Shown: in pieces, positions 38,572 through 50,202 of the stretch | Layout of the letters: every line of letters starts with the position of its first letter | Numbering within the stretch: the first letter of the stretch is position 1 | Assembly (NCBI GenBank): GCA_038727515.1 | Contig: JAVYVS010000001.1 | Coordinates: 576,001 to 640,000 of the forward strand | Direction of reading: 5' to 3' | Length of the DNA stretch: 64,000 bases | Origin: Candidatus Methanomethylicia archaeon | Lineage (GTDB): Archaea > Thermoproteota > Methanomethylicia > Culexarchaeales > Culexarchaeaceae | Position numbers and translations under genes: made by a program | The notes under the pieces: generated by a model | The model's input: only the letters and a program-made list of their open reading frames with translations | The model's database searches: none | What the model was told of the DNA's origin: nothing

Positions 38572-39198
38572 TTAAGAGACATGATTTTTGAATTTTTCAA
38601 ATATTGTTGGAGCAACTTTTAAAACTTCCCTCAACATTAATTTAGCCATCTCTCTAATTTCCCATTGTGAATCTACATTCAATCTCAAATTGAAGAAGTG
38701 AAGGAGTTCTCTAGCATTCATAGTAACAACAATAGATGTACCAACAGCTTGAGGAACTATATACCTCGCATCCTCCCTAGGTATACCAAGTTTCAATAGT
38801 TCTTCATAACAATTCATACAACTTTTCAAGGTTTCAGTAAAGATCTTCTTAGCTTCCTCATTACCTTCAATCGACGGTGGAATAATAAAGTTATTTGGAT
38901 CTATTTTAACAACTCTATGACTTTGTTGACTATATGATGCAATTCTATGTCTAACAAGTTGATGCGATGTCACTCTAGATATACCTTCTATCAAGAATGT
39001 AAATGATGCATGTTCAATTGGGCTTAAATGACCCATTTCGATACACTGTCTTATAAGCCTCTTAACATCATCATCACTTAACTCCATAATTAACTTATCA
39101 GCACCCACAATGCTTCTACACTGTCTAATAGCAGCTGCAACAACCCTTTCAGGATTTGGAGTATAAGAGAGCAATACAACCCTCATAACAAGCACCAA
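38572..39198 (-). CDS. thyX: Flavin-dependent thymidylate synthase
   Basis: GHLSPIEH, ISRVTSHQLVRHRIASYSQQS.R (RHRx7S), EDARY, NAREL.HF..LR, QWEIR. Confidence 0.96.
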   Translation of the reverse strand: MVLVMRVVLLSYTPNPERVVAAAIRQCRSIVGADKLIMELSDDDVKRLIRQCIEMGHLSPIEHASFTFLIEGISRVTSHQLVRHRIASYSQQSHRVVKIDPNNFIIPPSIEGNEEAKKIFTETLKSCMNCYEELLKLGIPREDARYIVPQAVGTSIVVTMNARELLHFFNLRLNVDSQWEIREMAKLMLREVLKVAPTIFEKFKNHVS

Positions 39199-39267
39199 AA
39201 CACAAACTTATTATATAGTATTTGGAATCAAAATATAAAAGCAATATCTATTGGAAGAGTGGTTTAA

Positions 39268-40548
39268 ATGAGTTTAATGAAAAGGGCAAAAATAGGGTTA
39301 AAAGATGAAATAATTAAAGAAGTAGCTAGAAGAGAATTTATAAGTGAAGAAAAGTTGATTAAATATATTTCTGAGGGAAAGGTAATAATACCAAAAAATG
39401 AAGTTAGAAGAGATATTAGAATTGTTGGAATAGGGGAAAACTTAACAACTAAAGTTAATGTAAACATCGGTACATCAAATCTACATGTAGATCCAGAAAT
39501 GGAGATTAGAAAAGCAAGGATAGCTGTAAAATTTGGTACAGATACAATAATGGATCTAAGTACTGGAGGAGATTTAGATGATATTAGAAGGAGACTTATA
39601 AAGGAAGCACCTATACCATTTGGAACAGTACCAATATATCAAGCTTTCATAGAAGCAACTATTAAGAAGGGTGCAGGAATACATATGACCGAAGATGACA
39701 TATTCAATGTAATAGAAAGACAATTGAAGGATGGAGTAGACTTCATGACTATACATGCCGGTATAACTATGGAGATAGTAGATAAAGCTATGAGAACAAA
39801 TAGGATAGCTGGAATTGTAAGTAGAGGTGGAGCGATGCTTGCAGCATGGATTATAGAAAATAAAGCTGAAAATCCATTATATAAAAACTTTGAATACCTA
39901 CTTGAACTATTCTCAAAATATGATGCAGTAATAAGCTTGGGAGATGCATTAAGACCTGGATCAATAATAGATGCACATGACTATCTACAAATGGCAGAAA
40001 TGCTAACAGTATCGAAACTTGTTGAAGAATCATGGAGGAAAAACGTACAAGTAATGGTTGAGGGACCTGGACACCTACCATTAAATCAAATTGAAGCAAA
40101 TATACGATTAGAAAAACAATTGTGTAAAGGCGCACCATACTATGTACTTGGACCTTTAACAACGGATATTGGAGCTGGATATGACCATATAGTTTCAGCT
40201 ATAGGTGCAGCTATAGCAGCTGCGAGTGGAGCAGATATAATATGTTATTTAACACCATCAGAACATCTTGGATTACCAAATGAAGAAGATGTAAAAGAGG
40301 GGTTGATAGCTGCAAAACTTGCAGCACATTCTGGAGACATAGTTAAACTTGGAGAAAGAGCTTTAAAAATAGATTTAGAAATGTCTATAGCAAGAGCAAA
40401 TTTAGATTGGGAGAAAATGTATAAATTATCTCTAGATCCAGAAAGAGCAAGGGGGATTCATGAAAGATATGGATTAAAGAGCAAGGTATGCACTATGTGT
40501 GGAGAATATTGTGTATATAAAATATTGAAAACAAAAAAGTTAGGTTAA
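39268..40548 (+). CDS. thiC: Phosphomethylpyrimidine synthase
   Basis: [67 protein letters not shown]. Confidence 0.96.
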   Translation: MSLMKRAKIGLKDEIIKEVARREFISEEKLIKYISEGKVIIPKNEVRRDIRIVGIGENLTTKVNVNIGTSNLHVDPEMEIRKARIAVKFGTDTIMDLSTGGDLDDIRRRLIKEAPIPFGTVPIYQAFIEATIKKGAGIHMTEDDIFNVIERQLKDGVDFMTIHAGITMEIVDKAMRTNRIAGIVSRGGAMLAAWIIENKAENPLYKNFEYLLELFSKYDAVISLGDALRPGSIIDAHDYLQMAEMLTVSKLVEESWRKNVQVMVEGPGHLPLNQIEANIRLEKQLCKGAPYYVLGPLTTDIGAGYDHIVSAIGAAIAAASGADIICYLTPSEHLGLPNEEDVKEGLIAAKLAAHSGDIVKLGERALKIDLEMSIARANLDWEKMYKLSLDPERARGIHERYGLKSKVCTMCGEYCVYKILKTKKLG

Positions 40549-40550
40549 AT

Positions 40551-41228
40551 CTAATCCAAATAAACTTCAACTTCTACTTCGCTTCCATCCATAAGATTTA
40601 AAGCATTTCTAATCTTTATTGGAGCTAGAATTTCAATTACATCATCACCATAATGAGTTCTTTCAACCAAAATTAATGCACAATCAATACTATTAATTTT
40701 AGCCTTAAAACATTTAGCACCACCATAACTCCTATAACCATTGGAAAAACCAGTAATAACTATACCACATAAAGTTTTTAAAATCCTTTTAACTTCAATA
40801 TCGGAGGGGCCCTTCAATCTTAAATTTAAAGTTCCAGGATATGGATCAAAACCAAGTTTCTCAATGAATTGCTTCCTATAATAGGGTATGCTTGTGTAAA
40901 ATGCACCTTCACCTAAACCACTAAAAACAACACCCTTAATTTTAAATTTCCTCGGAAATTCTCCAAATATCTTACCTAAATTAACATATAATTCCCTTAA
41001 AACTGAAAGCCCTTTGTCTGTAACTTTAACTTTTTGACCTTTACCATGAACGATCCGATGAATAAATCCAAGTTTTTCAAGTTCAATAAGCCATCTTGAA
41101 ACACTTTGCTGAGATACCCCTAAATAATCTTTAATAACTACAGTTTTAACATCTATAAAATCATTTACAGAACCCATAATTGCTAGTTGATAAAGTAGTA
41201 TTAGTAATCTACCCTTCATAAACACCAA
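40551..41228 (-). CDS. ribK: wHTH-fused CTP-dependent riboflavin kinase (RbkR type)
   Basis: N-terminal SQQSVSRWL..LE..GFI HTH; G.V.SGLGEG.FY, PYPGTLN, RTHY, EI.AP. Confidence 0.93.
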   Translation of the reverse strand: MVFMKGRLLILLYQLAIMGSVNDFIDVKTVVIKDYLGVSQQSVSRWLIELEKLGFIHRIVHGKGQKVKVTDKGLSVLRELYVNLGKIFGEFPRKFKIKGVVFSGLGEGAFYTSIPYYRKQFIEKLGFDPYPGTLNLRLKGPSDIEVKRILKTLCGIVITGFSNGYRSYGGAKCFKAKINSIDCALILVERTHYGDDVIEILAPIKIRNALNLMDGSEVEVEVYLD

Positions 41229-41273
41229 ATAAAATATGAAAAAGAGAAAATAAAAGTATAGGTTTCTTATCGA

Positions 41274-43745
41274 TCAATGTAGAATGGCATTGAATAGAAA
41301 TTTAAATGTTGCTGGAGTTTGACATCTACTATAAACTGGAAATCCAAATAAAACGATCTTTCCATAACCCTTAGGAATACAAGCTACGGCAGCAGCATCA
41401 TAAAGATATTTTTCACCTAAAATCCAACCACTTAAAAGTGGATTCGTACTCGGATATTTAGCTACCACATACTCTTCTGGACATTTAAAAGCTGGACTAT
41501 TTATAAACATGATTGCCGAATCAATATCCATACCAAAACCTATTGGATGCTTATTATTCACTATGACCCTCAAAATGGACCCTGGAATATAAAATTCCGT
41601 TGGTTTTAGATTCTCAAGTACATTTACAACTGGAATCCACATACGTTTAATGGGAAGCTCACAGCTCTCATCAATTGTTATAAGTTTACCACCATTCAAA
41701 ACAAATTCATTTAAATTTTCAACACCCACATCACCAATACCACCAGCATATTCTGGAGGAACCTCTTCAACACTCCTACCATTAACAATATTATTGAGAT
41801 TTTGACCAGCAATTATTATAACATCAAATCTAGAATTTAAATTGCCATTTCTAATTTCATTATTCCCAATACTCATATATGGTATATTAAACATTTCGAA
41901 TAGAAACCTAGCCCAACCTTCATCAGCATTTGGAATCCAATTCCTATATAAACCGATTCTAGGAATTTTGAGACTTATCATATTTACATTTGTTAAATTA
42001 TCACAAGCATATAGTACCACTGGAAGACCTTTTAGGAAGCTGGGAAGTTTCTCCTTCAATTTATCATCATTTTCAAATACAAAAGCTCCTGGTGGAAGTT
42101 TAACATTAGAAATACTAATTTCATTGGGAATTCTATAAACTTTAAAATTGTTTAATAGAAGATTAATGGCAAGTTTATATGAAGCATTAGACTCTGGTGA
42201 AGCCAGTAGATATTTTGCATTTCTATCGCCAATTATAATTCCATCTGGATATTTAATCTCCTTTAACTCAACGCTTTTAACATTAAATTTACCATTAACT
42301 GTATAAACTTTAACATTCATCATTAATGGAAGTGTCCAAGCAGTTAAATCATATGGTCTTTTAGGCGGTTGTTCTGGGGATTCTCTTAAATCTGGGTATA
42401 CTTGTACTTCCAGTAATGTTTTTGCATATCTACCATAAGGTTGAGCAAAATATATTATGAAGGATCCCTTTGGAAATTCTATTCCATCAGCAATGAAAGA
42501 TTCTTCAGCCACGTTGATTTTAACCAATCCACGATGTAAAATATCTAAAAGCCAGTACAAATTATATAAATCCTTTTGATTTGGAGGGATTATAAAGGCG
42601 AATGGCCCCCCTTCAGGTTTTAAAGCACGTTTAAATATTTCTATGGTATTTGCAATCCAAAATCTCCTATACTTAGCAGCATTTCTAAGACATGCAATAA
42701 CAGCGGCAAGTTCATAATCAATAATGTCTCTTAACCTCCAAATACCACCACGCCATGGATATGGATTATTCCATCTTTGTTTAGATGGATCTAAACCAAT
42801 AACAGGTCTTAAATCTTGAGGCTTTATTTCAATGGGAGTAGCAATTTTAACGCTTGCAGCTTCAGAAAGTATTCTTATACCACCATGATAATGCTGATAA
42901 GCTCTAGCAGGCGTCCAAGCATCGTATATAGCATAGCAAGCTACACCCTTAAATCCTCTACCAATAAGTTCATTAGCCATTGAAGAACCCATAAATACTA
43001 TTTCTTGTTGAAGTATGGGATCTACATTAGGATCTATTGGGTCAAGATATGGTGGAAGCCAAAGTCTAGGTCCATATGGACCCATCTGATGTAAATCATA
43101 TACTATTTGTGGATGCCAACGATTATGAACTTTTTCAACGACAAGTCTAGTTTCAATTAGATTCAACATAAACCAATCTCTATTATTATCATGACCAGCA
43201 TATTTATGGTAAAGCCATGGTGGAGCTGAACCTTCATATTTAGTACCTAAAGTCTTATTATACCAATTTACAACCATTACATGACCATCTGGATTAAGTG
43301 ATGGAATTAAGAGTAATATTACATTATCGAGGATTTCTTTAAATTCATCAGAATCTTCTGTTGCAAGTTTATAGAGAAGTTCTATACTCATCTGTGATGC
43401 AGCAATCTCGGTGGAATGAATACTACAAGTAACAAGTACAATTGTTTTACCTTCATCTATAAGTTTTGAAATTTCATTTTCACTAAGACCTTCAGGATTA
43501 TGAAGCTTTTCCTGTATACTCCTATAATAATCCAATTTCTTCAAATTTTCAGATGAAGAAATTATAGCTAGAATCATATCATTGCCTTCAGTGGTTTTAC
43601 CCAAGAATTCCACTATAACTCTATCTGAGCGTTCTCCAACAATTTTAAAATACTCTAAAATTTGATTCCAGTTGGCAAGTTTCCTATCTTCTCCAACTTT
43701 AAAACCAAGAAATTCTTCAGGGGATGGAATACCCTTTAAACCCAT
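41274..43745 (-). CDS. M14 zinc carboxypeptidase-like protein with C-terminal GATase1-like domain
   Basis: PSPEEFLG, IHSTE (HxxE), NPDG, DNNRDW, DLHQMG, PYDLTAWTLP, DEGWARF. Real start is ATG 43745; the upstream ORF extension is tRNA sequence. Confidence 0.88.
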   Translation of the reverse strand: MGLKGIPSPEEFLGFKVGEDRKLANWNQILEYFKIVGERSDRVIVEFLGKTTEGNDMILAIISSSENLKKLDYYRSIQEKLHNPEGLSENEISKLIDEGKTIVLVTCSIHSTEIAASQMSIELLYKLATEDSDEFKEILDNVILLLIPSLNPDGHVMVVNWYNKTLGTKYEGSAPPWLYHKYAGHDNNRDWFMLNLIETRLVVEKVHNRWHPQIVYDLHQMGPYGPRLWLPPYLDPIDPNVDPILQQEIVFMGSSMANELIGRGFKGVACYAIYDAWTPARAYQHYHGGIRILSEAASVKIATPIEIKPQDLRPVIGLDPSKQRWNNPYPWRGGIWRLRDIIDYELAAVIACLRNAAKYRRFWIANTIEIFKRALKPEGGPFAFIIPPNQKDLYNLYWLLDILHRGLVKINVAEESFIADGIEFPKGSFIIYFAQPYGRYAKTLLEVQVYPDLRESPEQPPKRPYDLTAWTLPLMMNVKVYTVNGKFNVKSVELKEIKYPDGIIIGDRNAKYLLASPESNASYKLAINLLLNNFKVYRIPNEISISNVKLPPGAFVFENDDKLKEKLPSFLKGLPVVLYACDNLTNVNMISLKIPRIGLYRNWIPNADEGWARFLFEMFNIPYMSIGNNEIRNGNLNSRFDVIIIAGQNLNNIVNGRSVEEVPPEYAGGIGDVGVENLNEFVLNGGKLITIDESCELPIKRMWIPVVNVLENLKPTEFYIPGSILRVIVNNKHPIGFGMDIDSAIMFINSPAFKCPEEYVVAKYPSTNPLLSGWILGEKYLYDAAAVACIPKGYGKIVLFGFPVYSRCQTPATFKFLFNAILH

Positions 43746-43781
43746 GAAATTAACTATGTATAGAACATTGTTTAAATTTAT

Positions 43782-43857
43782 TGGTAGCCGGGGGGAGATT
43801 CGAACTCCCGTCGACGGGGCCAAAGCCCGCCATGCTTGGCCGCTACACCACCCGGCT
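43782..43857 (-). tRNA. tRNA-Gln(UUG), intron-less, CCA encoded
   Basis: Reverse complement AGCCGGG-TG-GTGTAGCGGCCAAGCAT-G-GCGGG-CT-TTG-GC-CCCGT-CGAC-GGGAG-TTCGAAT-CTCCC-CCCGGCT-A-CCA. Complete cloverleaf with the A1-U72 pair typical of archaeal tRNA-Gln. Confidence 0.97.
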
Positions 43858-43982
43858 TTTCATAGACTAAATATTTTTAATATAAACCCAATAATAAATT
43901 TTCACTTTCATCCATTAATATTTAATGGGGGTAATCAACATATATAAATAATTAAGGATTCAATTGAATGTTTTAATATAAA

Positions 43983-44018
43983 GCGAAATGTTTATATATG
44001 AGATTTAAAAACTCATAT
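43983..44018 (+). promoter_or_regulatory. BRE/TATA promoter of tfb with downstream inverted repeat
   Basis: GCGAAAT (BRE-like), TTTATATA (43991-43998), and ATATGAG-N9-CTCATAT (43996-44018). Confidence 0.6.
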
Positions 44019-44075
44019 TTCTGACTCATGGATTGTGATTACATGTGTAATTTAATTTTAAATGGTGATGATAAG

Positions 44076-45029
<954 letters not shown>

Positions 45030-46221
45030 CTTTCTTCATCTTACTAACAGCAATTCTAGTTGTAACCTTCAAATCTTTAACATCCATCTTCCTAACTTCT
45101 AAGAGACCTTTATTTATACATTCTTCAAAAAGCTTCTCACCAAAATCGCTTCTAATTATAACAGTAGTCCAACCCTTAGGGGAATCTAAACCACCTAAAG
45201 ATATATCTGCTAATCTAGCTGTGAAATCGCTACAATAATCACAAGATTTACGTCCATAATCTTCTATCTCTTTTAAACTAATGGATAATAGGATTTCATC
45301 TCCAGATTTAACTGTAAGATTCCCCTCAGAAATATCAGTTTTAGTTATCTTATCTAAATTAATCCCCTTACTAACAAGGAAGTTTTTAAATAATGATGAG
45401 TAATAGAATGTTTTTGAACAGAATAATCCTAACGCAAATTTAACTGGTAAACCATATTTTAAAGCTCCATATTCATGGTATTGCATCTTCCTTAAACCAG
45501 TAATTTGACATCCTACACCGACAAATCCTACACTTTTAGTTTCAAATTCATCTATAGCGGCAGTTAAAGCTTTCAGATTTGGGCTTGCAGTATACTTAGA
45601 TCCAGCGCATTCCAATACATCCCTCCTATTAAATGCGACTTTCGGTTTAGGTTTAAATGGTTCTAAAGAATCTAAACCAGATAAAATAGCGCAATCAATA
45701 ATTCCAGACTCCAATGCATATATAATTATGGTGGATGCTACACCACCATCTTGAGCATACTTCAAAATCTCATTGTCAGTAGATCTAGCTGCATAAACAC
45801 TCTTCAAATAACCTAGAGATTCATGTTTAAAACTAGATGTAAAAATCTTTGAAGAAACACTTTGAACATCAAATGTTGTGTGTGGACATTGAGCATAACA
45901 AAAACCACAACCAATACATCTACCAACAATACTAGGTTTTTCATCTTTTTCATCAATAGCTTTAACGGGACATACACCAATACATGCACCACAAAAAGAA
46001 CATCTATCAGCTCTAATAACTTCACTAAATAAATGACCCCATATCTTAACTTTAAGTCCCAGAGACCCATCAGGCTTTATCCTAACGCCCAAAATCATCC
46101 ACCACAAAAATAAGATATCATAAAAACAATTAATAAGGGTTATCATAGATTCAATGGAAAAATAAATATATTAGATTTGAGAGACTTTCACGTTATCTAG
46201 ATAGTTAAAAGTGGATGTAAA

Positions 46222-48000
46222 ATGATAGAAGACTTCCAAGTGAAAGTTGCAAAATACGTAATGGAATGGGGAGAATGGATAGAGAAATGTGAATTGCTAT
46301 TACTACTTGATACTGAAAAAGATAAAATTAAGATTTATATGGATAAATTGTTAAGCCTTCAAAATGATGATGGAGGATTTCCACGTAATTGGATTAAAGG
46401 ATACTCCTCAGGAATAATCGAAACTGCAAAAGTTATAGAATTGGCTTCTAAAATAGGTTTAAAAAATGATGAAAGAATAGAAAGAGCAATAAAATTCTTA
46501 ATTAAAAATCAGCTTGAGAATGGAGCGTGGATGGAAGAATCATTAGAATATGAAGATAATTCAAATGATGTAATAGTTTCAGCATATGCATTAAAAGCTA
46601 TAGCGACAGCTGGTATTAAGGGGGAAGTTGTAGATAAATGTGTAAGATACTTATTGGAAAGTCAAAGAGATGATGGATTATGGCCAAAAACAAAGGCAGG
46701 AATAAATCCAGATTTGGAAGCTTCTGGAAGAGTTTTAATAGCATTGCATGAAACAAAAAATAAGATTGCTACAAAAGCCATTAAAAATGGATTTGAAAGT
46801 TTAATGGAAGTATTTATTGAAAAATCAACGAAAGAATGGGATACACTCTCAGAAGATATACTACCAATAATTGAAGCAATATCAATTATACAACCAAAGA
46901 AAAATACAGCTGCCAGGAAAATAATAGATAGCTATATAAAAGGTGAAAAATGGGAATTTCAAGATAGAAGAAGTGAAAATACAAACAACCTATTAAACTT
47001 AATTAGGGTAATGGCTTTAACAAACATCATAAATAAAGATAAAGTTAAAGAGGAAATAAACAAATTATTGGAATTAAAATTAAATCTCAAGAGGATTATA
47101 GAGAAATTTGAAAATGAAGCCAAAGAGATATTACTATCAAAATTTGAAAATATAGGGATTAAGAGGAATGATCCTCAGAAGAAGATATTGCTTGGATTAT
47201 TCATATACTCACTATTAGAACAATTTTTCTGGGCTGCAGAATATGAACCGCAAACAGAATTTATTGGTGTAATAGATAGAGTTGGAACACTAGATAAAAT
47301 TGAGAACTACACAGACTATGAAAAGATTAGAAAAGCATTATTTAGGAGTAAAGCTCTTACTGGAGTTGCAAAAAAGAAGAAGGAGGATGCTGCAAAAAGT
47401 ATAACGTTATTTGCTAGATTCCTAATACAAAATAATGAAATAAATGTATTTGAAGAATTCGTCAAAAAACTAATTGAATTTACATTATTTGAAATAGCGC
47501 CAACACTTTCAGGGGCAACAACAGCAAGAAAGCTTGGTCTACTACTAAGAAACTACACTAAAAATGAAATTGAAATGTACAAATTATTTGAATCATTAAA
47601 ATTATCACTGGAATGCTTCCCATCAATAGGATCTAAGATATCAACATTATATCCATACTACACTATATGGATATATAACATATGGAATGAAGTGAGAAAA
47701 TACATAGAAACTCCAATAGACTGGAATACAGTAAAAACATATATAAGTATAGGCTTAAGCAATTTAACATTAAAAGATCTTAGGAAGGATCCGAGAAGAG
47801 CATCTAAAGCAATAAATAAGCTATCTGAAGAACTATTTCCAGAGGATAAAGCAAAAATATCATTACTGTGGATAGCTGGAAGAGAATGGTGTACAAAACC
47901 ATATAAATGCTATGGGCATATGGGCAGAAAATGCTGGTTCTATGATATTTGTATGAGGAGGATGAAAGATGAAGAAAGAAGAAAAAAGAATATGGGATAA
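46222..48000 (+). CDS. Prenyltransferase/squalene-cyclase QW-repeat barrel fused to an HhH-GPD/EndoIII-like Fe-S domain
   Basis: LLSLQNDDGGF, LIKNQLENGAW, LLESQRDDGLW repeats; C-terminal LECFPSIGSKIS (HhH), PIDWN, LW..GREWC-x5-C-x7-C-x5-C. Confidence 0.72.
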   Translation: MIEDFQVKVAKYVMEWGEWIEKCELLLLLDTEKDKIKIYMDKLLSLQNDDGGFPRNWIKGYSSGIIETAKVIELASKIGLKNDERIERAIKFLIKNQLENGAWMEESLEYEDNSNDVIVSAYALKAIATAGIKGEVVDKCVRYLLESQRDDGLWPKTKAGINPDLEASGRVLIALHETKNKIATKAIKNGFESLMEVFIEKSTKEWDTLSEDILPIIEAISIIQPKKNTAARKIIDSYIKGEKWEFQDRRSENTNNLLNLIRVMALTNIINKDKVKEEINKLLELKLNLKRIIEKFENEAKEILLSKFENIGIKRNDPQKKILLGLFIYSLLEQFFWAAEYEPQTEFIGVIDRVGTLDKIENYTDYEKIRKALFRSKALTGVAKKKKEDAAKSITLFARFLIQNNEINVFEEFVKKLIEFTLFEIAPTLSGATTARKLGLLLRNYTKNEIEMYKLFESLKLSLECFPSIGSKISTLYPYYTIWIYNIWNEVRKYIETPIDWNTVKTYISIGLSNLTLKDLRKDPRRASKAINKLSEELFPEDKAKISLLWIAGREWCTKPYKCYGHMGRKCWFYDICMRRMKDEERRKKNMG

Positions 48001-48919
48001 GTATCTAACAAAATTTTCTGCAAAAATCGAGGGGGGACTCTTAAAAGATCTAAGAAATGAAATGGATAAGAGAAGTGAAATTGTAAAAACACATTACAAA
48101 AGATTGCTAGATAATTTGAACATTACAACAGAAGATACTAGGAATATGCTTATGGATATATTCGTTTACTCAGTATTTGATAAATATAATTGGAAACTAA
48201 GAAGTAAAGGTGAAACTCCATCAAAAGAATATAAGAGATTCAAAAGTGTAGTAACGAAATTTGATTATTATCTTGATGAAGATCTATTATACTATGCCAT
48301 AAAAGATGAATGCAATGAACTTAGCAATATAAATAAAACTGATGTAGAAAGAATAATAAAATCAATGTCATACCTAGCTCAAGGATTAGCTAACATAGAA
48401 AACTTCGAATTTATAAATTTTGCAGAATCTCTAAGGAGACATATAATGTTCAATGTTTCAAAGGATCTACCAGAAAAAATATACAAAATAAAATCTTACT
48501 ATTATGGTTTGCTTACCATGACTAAGATCAAAGACAATTTAACAGCTATAGATTCATTGAAAACATCAATATTATGTCTCCCCATAGGAGAGCAACAAAT
48601 AACAAACATGTACCTATACCTACTATTAATAGTTTTGAATGTATGGAATGTAAGTGGAAAAACATATGTATACTCACCATTAGACAATGGAGTCTCAGAA
48701 GTCCTATTAAGCCTTGGATTAACAGATAAAAGAATAGAAGACATGGAATATGAAAATACGGGATACAAAGCATACAAAATAATAAGTGAAATGTTATTTC
48801 CAGAGGAACCATCAAAAATGATGGTTACTAGGGCCGTAGCAGAAAGATGGTGTTACCAAAAGAAGATTAAAATATGTGATGAATGTTGGTTTAACAATGT
48901 ATGCCCAAAGGAATATTAA
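47969..48919 (+). CDS. Divergent HhH-GPD/EndoIII-like Fe-S protein, paralogue of the upstream gene's C-terminal half
   Basis: ILCLPIGEQQIT, SPLDN, LFPEEP, RWC-x7-C-x2-C-x5-CP FCL-like cluster motif; collinear similarity to the upstream protein. Confidence 0.68.
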   Translation: MKKEEKRIWDKYLTKFSAKIEGGLLKDLRNEMDKRSEIVKTHYKRLLDNLNITTEDTRNMLMDIFVYSVFDKYNWKLRSKGETPSKEYKRFKSVVTKFDYYLDEDLLYYAIKDECNELSNINKTDVERIIKSMSYLAQGLANIENFEFINFAESLRRHIMFNVSKDLPEKIYKIKSYYYGLLTMTKIKDNLTAIDSLKTSILCLPIGEQQITNMYLYLLLIVLNVWNVSGKTYVYSPLDNGVSEVLLSLGLTDKRIEDMEYENTGYKAYKIISEMLFPEEPSKMMVTRAVAERWCYQKKIKICDECWFNNVCPKEY

Positions 48920-50176
48920 TTACTCACCAAACTTCTTAGCTTTAGATGAGTAACTTAAAAGTATTGGAAGTAAATCTAAACCTCTAATACGTCCAAGTCC
49001 ACCCTTTAAACAATCTCTTTCACTAAACTTATTAACATCATCATTAACAATATATGGGCCATAAATAAGTACTGGAACTGGATCTCCGGAATGATCCCTA
49101 ATAATTATTGGAGAACAGTGATCAGCTGTAATTGATAAATAGACTTCATACTTGTTTAACCCTTCAATAATCCTTCCAACCATTTCATCCACAGCTTCAA
49201 TAAATCTAATTTTCTCTTTAATCAATCCATCATGACTAGCAGTATCAGCACCTTTAACATGCAAAAATATGAAATCATATTTCTCGGCAGCTTTAACAGC
49301 TGCTTCAGCCTTCGCCATCAAATTACTATTTAAACCGCCAGTAGCACCTTCAACATTTAGAACATCTAAACCAACAGCTTTTGCAACACCTTTAATCAAT
49401 GGAACTCCTGCAATACATACACCCTTAATACCATAACGTTCTTCAAATTTCTTAATATTTGGAAGAGTACCAGCACCTCTACAAAGAATTATATTTGCAG
49501 GTTTATGACCTCTGGAAATCCTAGATAAATTAGCTGGGTGAGAAGATAGTACTTTAAAACTTTTAATGGTAAATTCATTTAGTATATTGGCTGTCCTTAT
49601 AGCTTCAGGTGTATTAGATAAAGGTTTTGAAGTAAGGATTTTAACATTCTCCTTTTCAGGATCAGTATCACTAACATCTTTTGAAAGCCCAGATCCCCTT
49701 AAAACTAAAACACCCCTATGCTCTATACCGTGTTTAAATATTATTGAAACATTTGGAGAAGATTCAATTTTAATATCATTAATAGCTTCAGCAAGTAAAT
49801 CTCCTTCAACAAGATATCTACCAGCCCTTCTATCTAAAACTATTAAATCATCATTTACTGTAGCAAAATTAGCTCTAAAAGCTATATCTCCAGGAAATAA
49901 ATCTAAACCTAAACCAAGAGCTTCAAAAGCCCCTCTACCAGTATAACATTCATATGGGTCATAACCAAGCAAAGCAAGATTTGCAGGCGCACTACCGGGA
50001 GGGATACCTACTCCAATAACATCTATAATACCAGTCAGTCCATTTCTAGTCAATTCATCAATTGTGGGTTTATTTGCAACTTCAAGAGGAGTCTTATAGT
50101 TAAGTTCTGGTATTGCTCTATCACCCATACCATCAACAACAATTAATATTATGCGTTTTTCAACCATAGAGATCAT
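48920..50176 (-). CDS. apgM: 2,3-bisphosphoglycerate-independent phosphoglycerate mutase (archaeal type)
   Basis: DGMGD, KTPLE.A, PGS, YTGRG..EA, RANFAT, DRRAGR, HVKG.D..SHDG, TADH, HSGDPVP. Confidence 0.93.
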   Translation of the reverse strand: MISMVEKRIILIVVDGMGDRAIPELNYKTPLEVANKPTIDELTRNGLTGIIDVIGVGIPPGSAPANLALLGYDPYECYTGRGAFEALGLGLDLFPGDIAFRANFATVNDDLIVLDRRAGRYLVEGDLLAEAINDIKIESSPNVSIIFKHGIEHRGVLVLRGSGLSKDVSDTDPEKENVKILTSKPLSNTPEAIRTANILNEFTIKSFKVLSSHPANLSRISRGHKPANIILCRGAGTLPNIKKFEERYGIKGVCIAGVPLIKGVAKAVGLDVLNVEGATGGLNSNLMAKAEAAVKAAEKYDFIFLHVKGADTASHDGLIKEKIRFIEAVDEMVGRIIEGLNKYEVYLSITADHCSPIIIRDHSGDPVPVLIYGPYIVNDDVNKFSERDCLKGGLGRIRGLDLLPILLSYSSKAKKFGE

Positions 50177-50202
50177 TTAAATATCTATTGAATAAATTGA
50201 AT

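Noticed and set aside
39199-39267. TPP riboswitch upstream of thiC (or thiDN)
   Set aside because: The intergenic regions are short (69 and 87 nt) and AT-rich, with no CUGAGA core or GC stems.
43746-43823. N-terminal extension of the 849-aa ORF, and plus-strand ORF 43672-43947
   Set aside because: Both overlap the tRNA-Gln gene; the extension is translated tRNA sequence and the plus-strand ORF is antisense noise.
46222-47100. Functional squalene-hopene cyclase
   Set aside because: Only one short barrel with three QW repeats and no DxDD motif.
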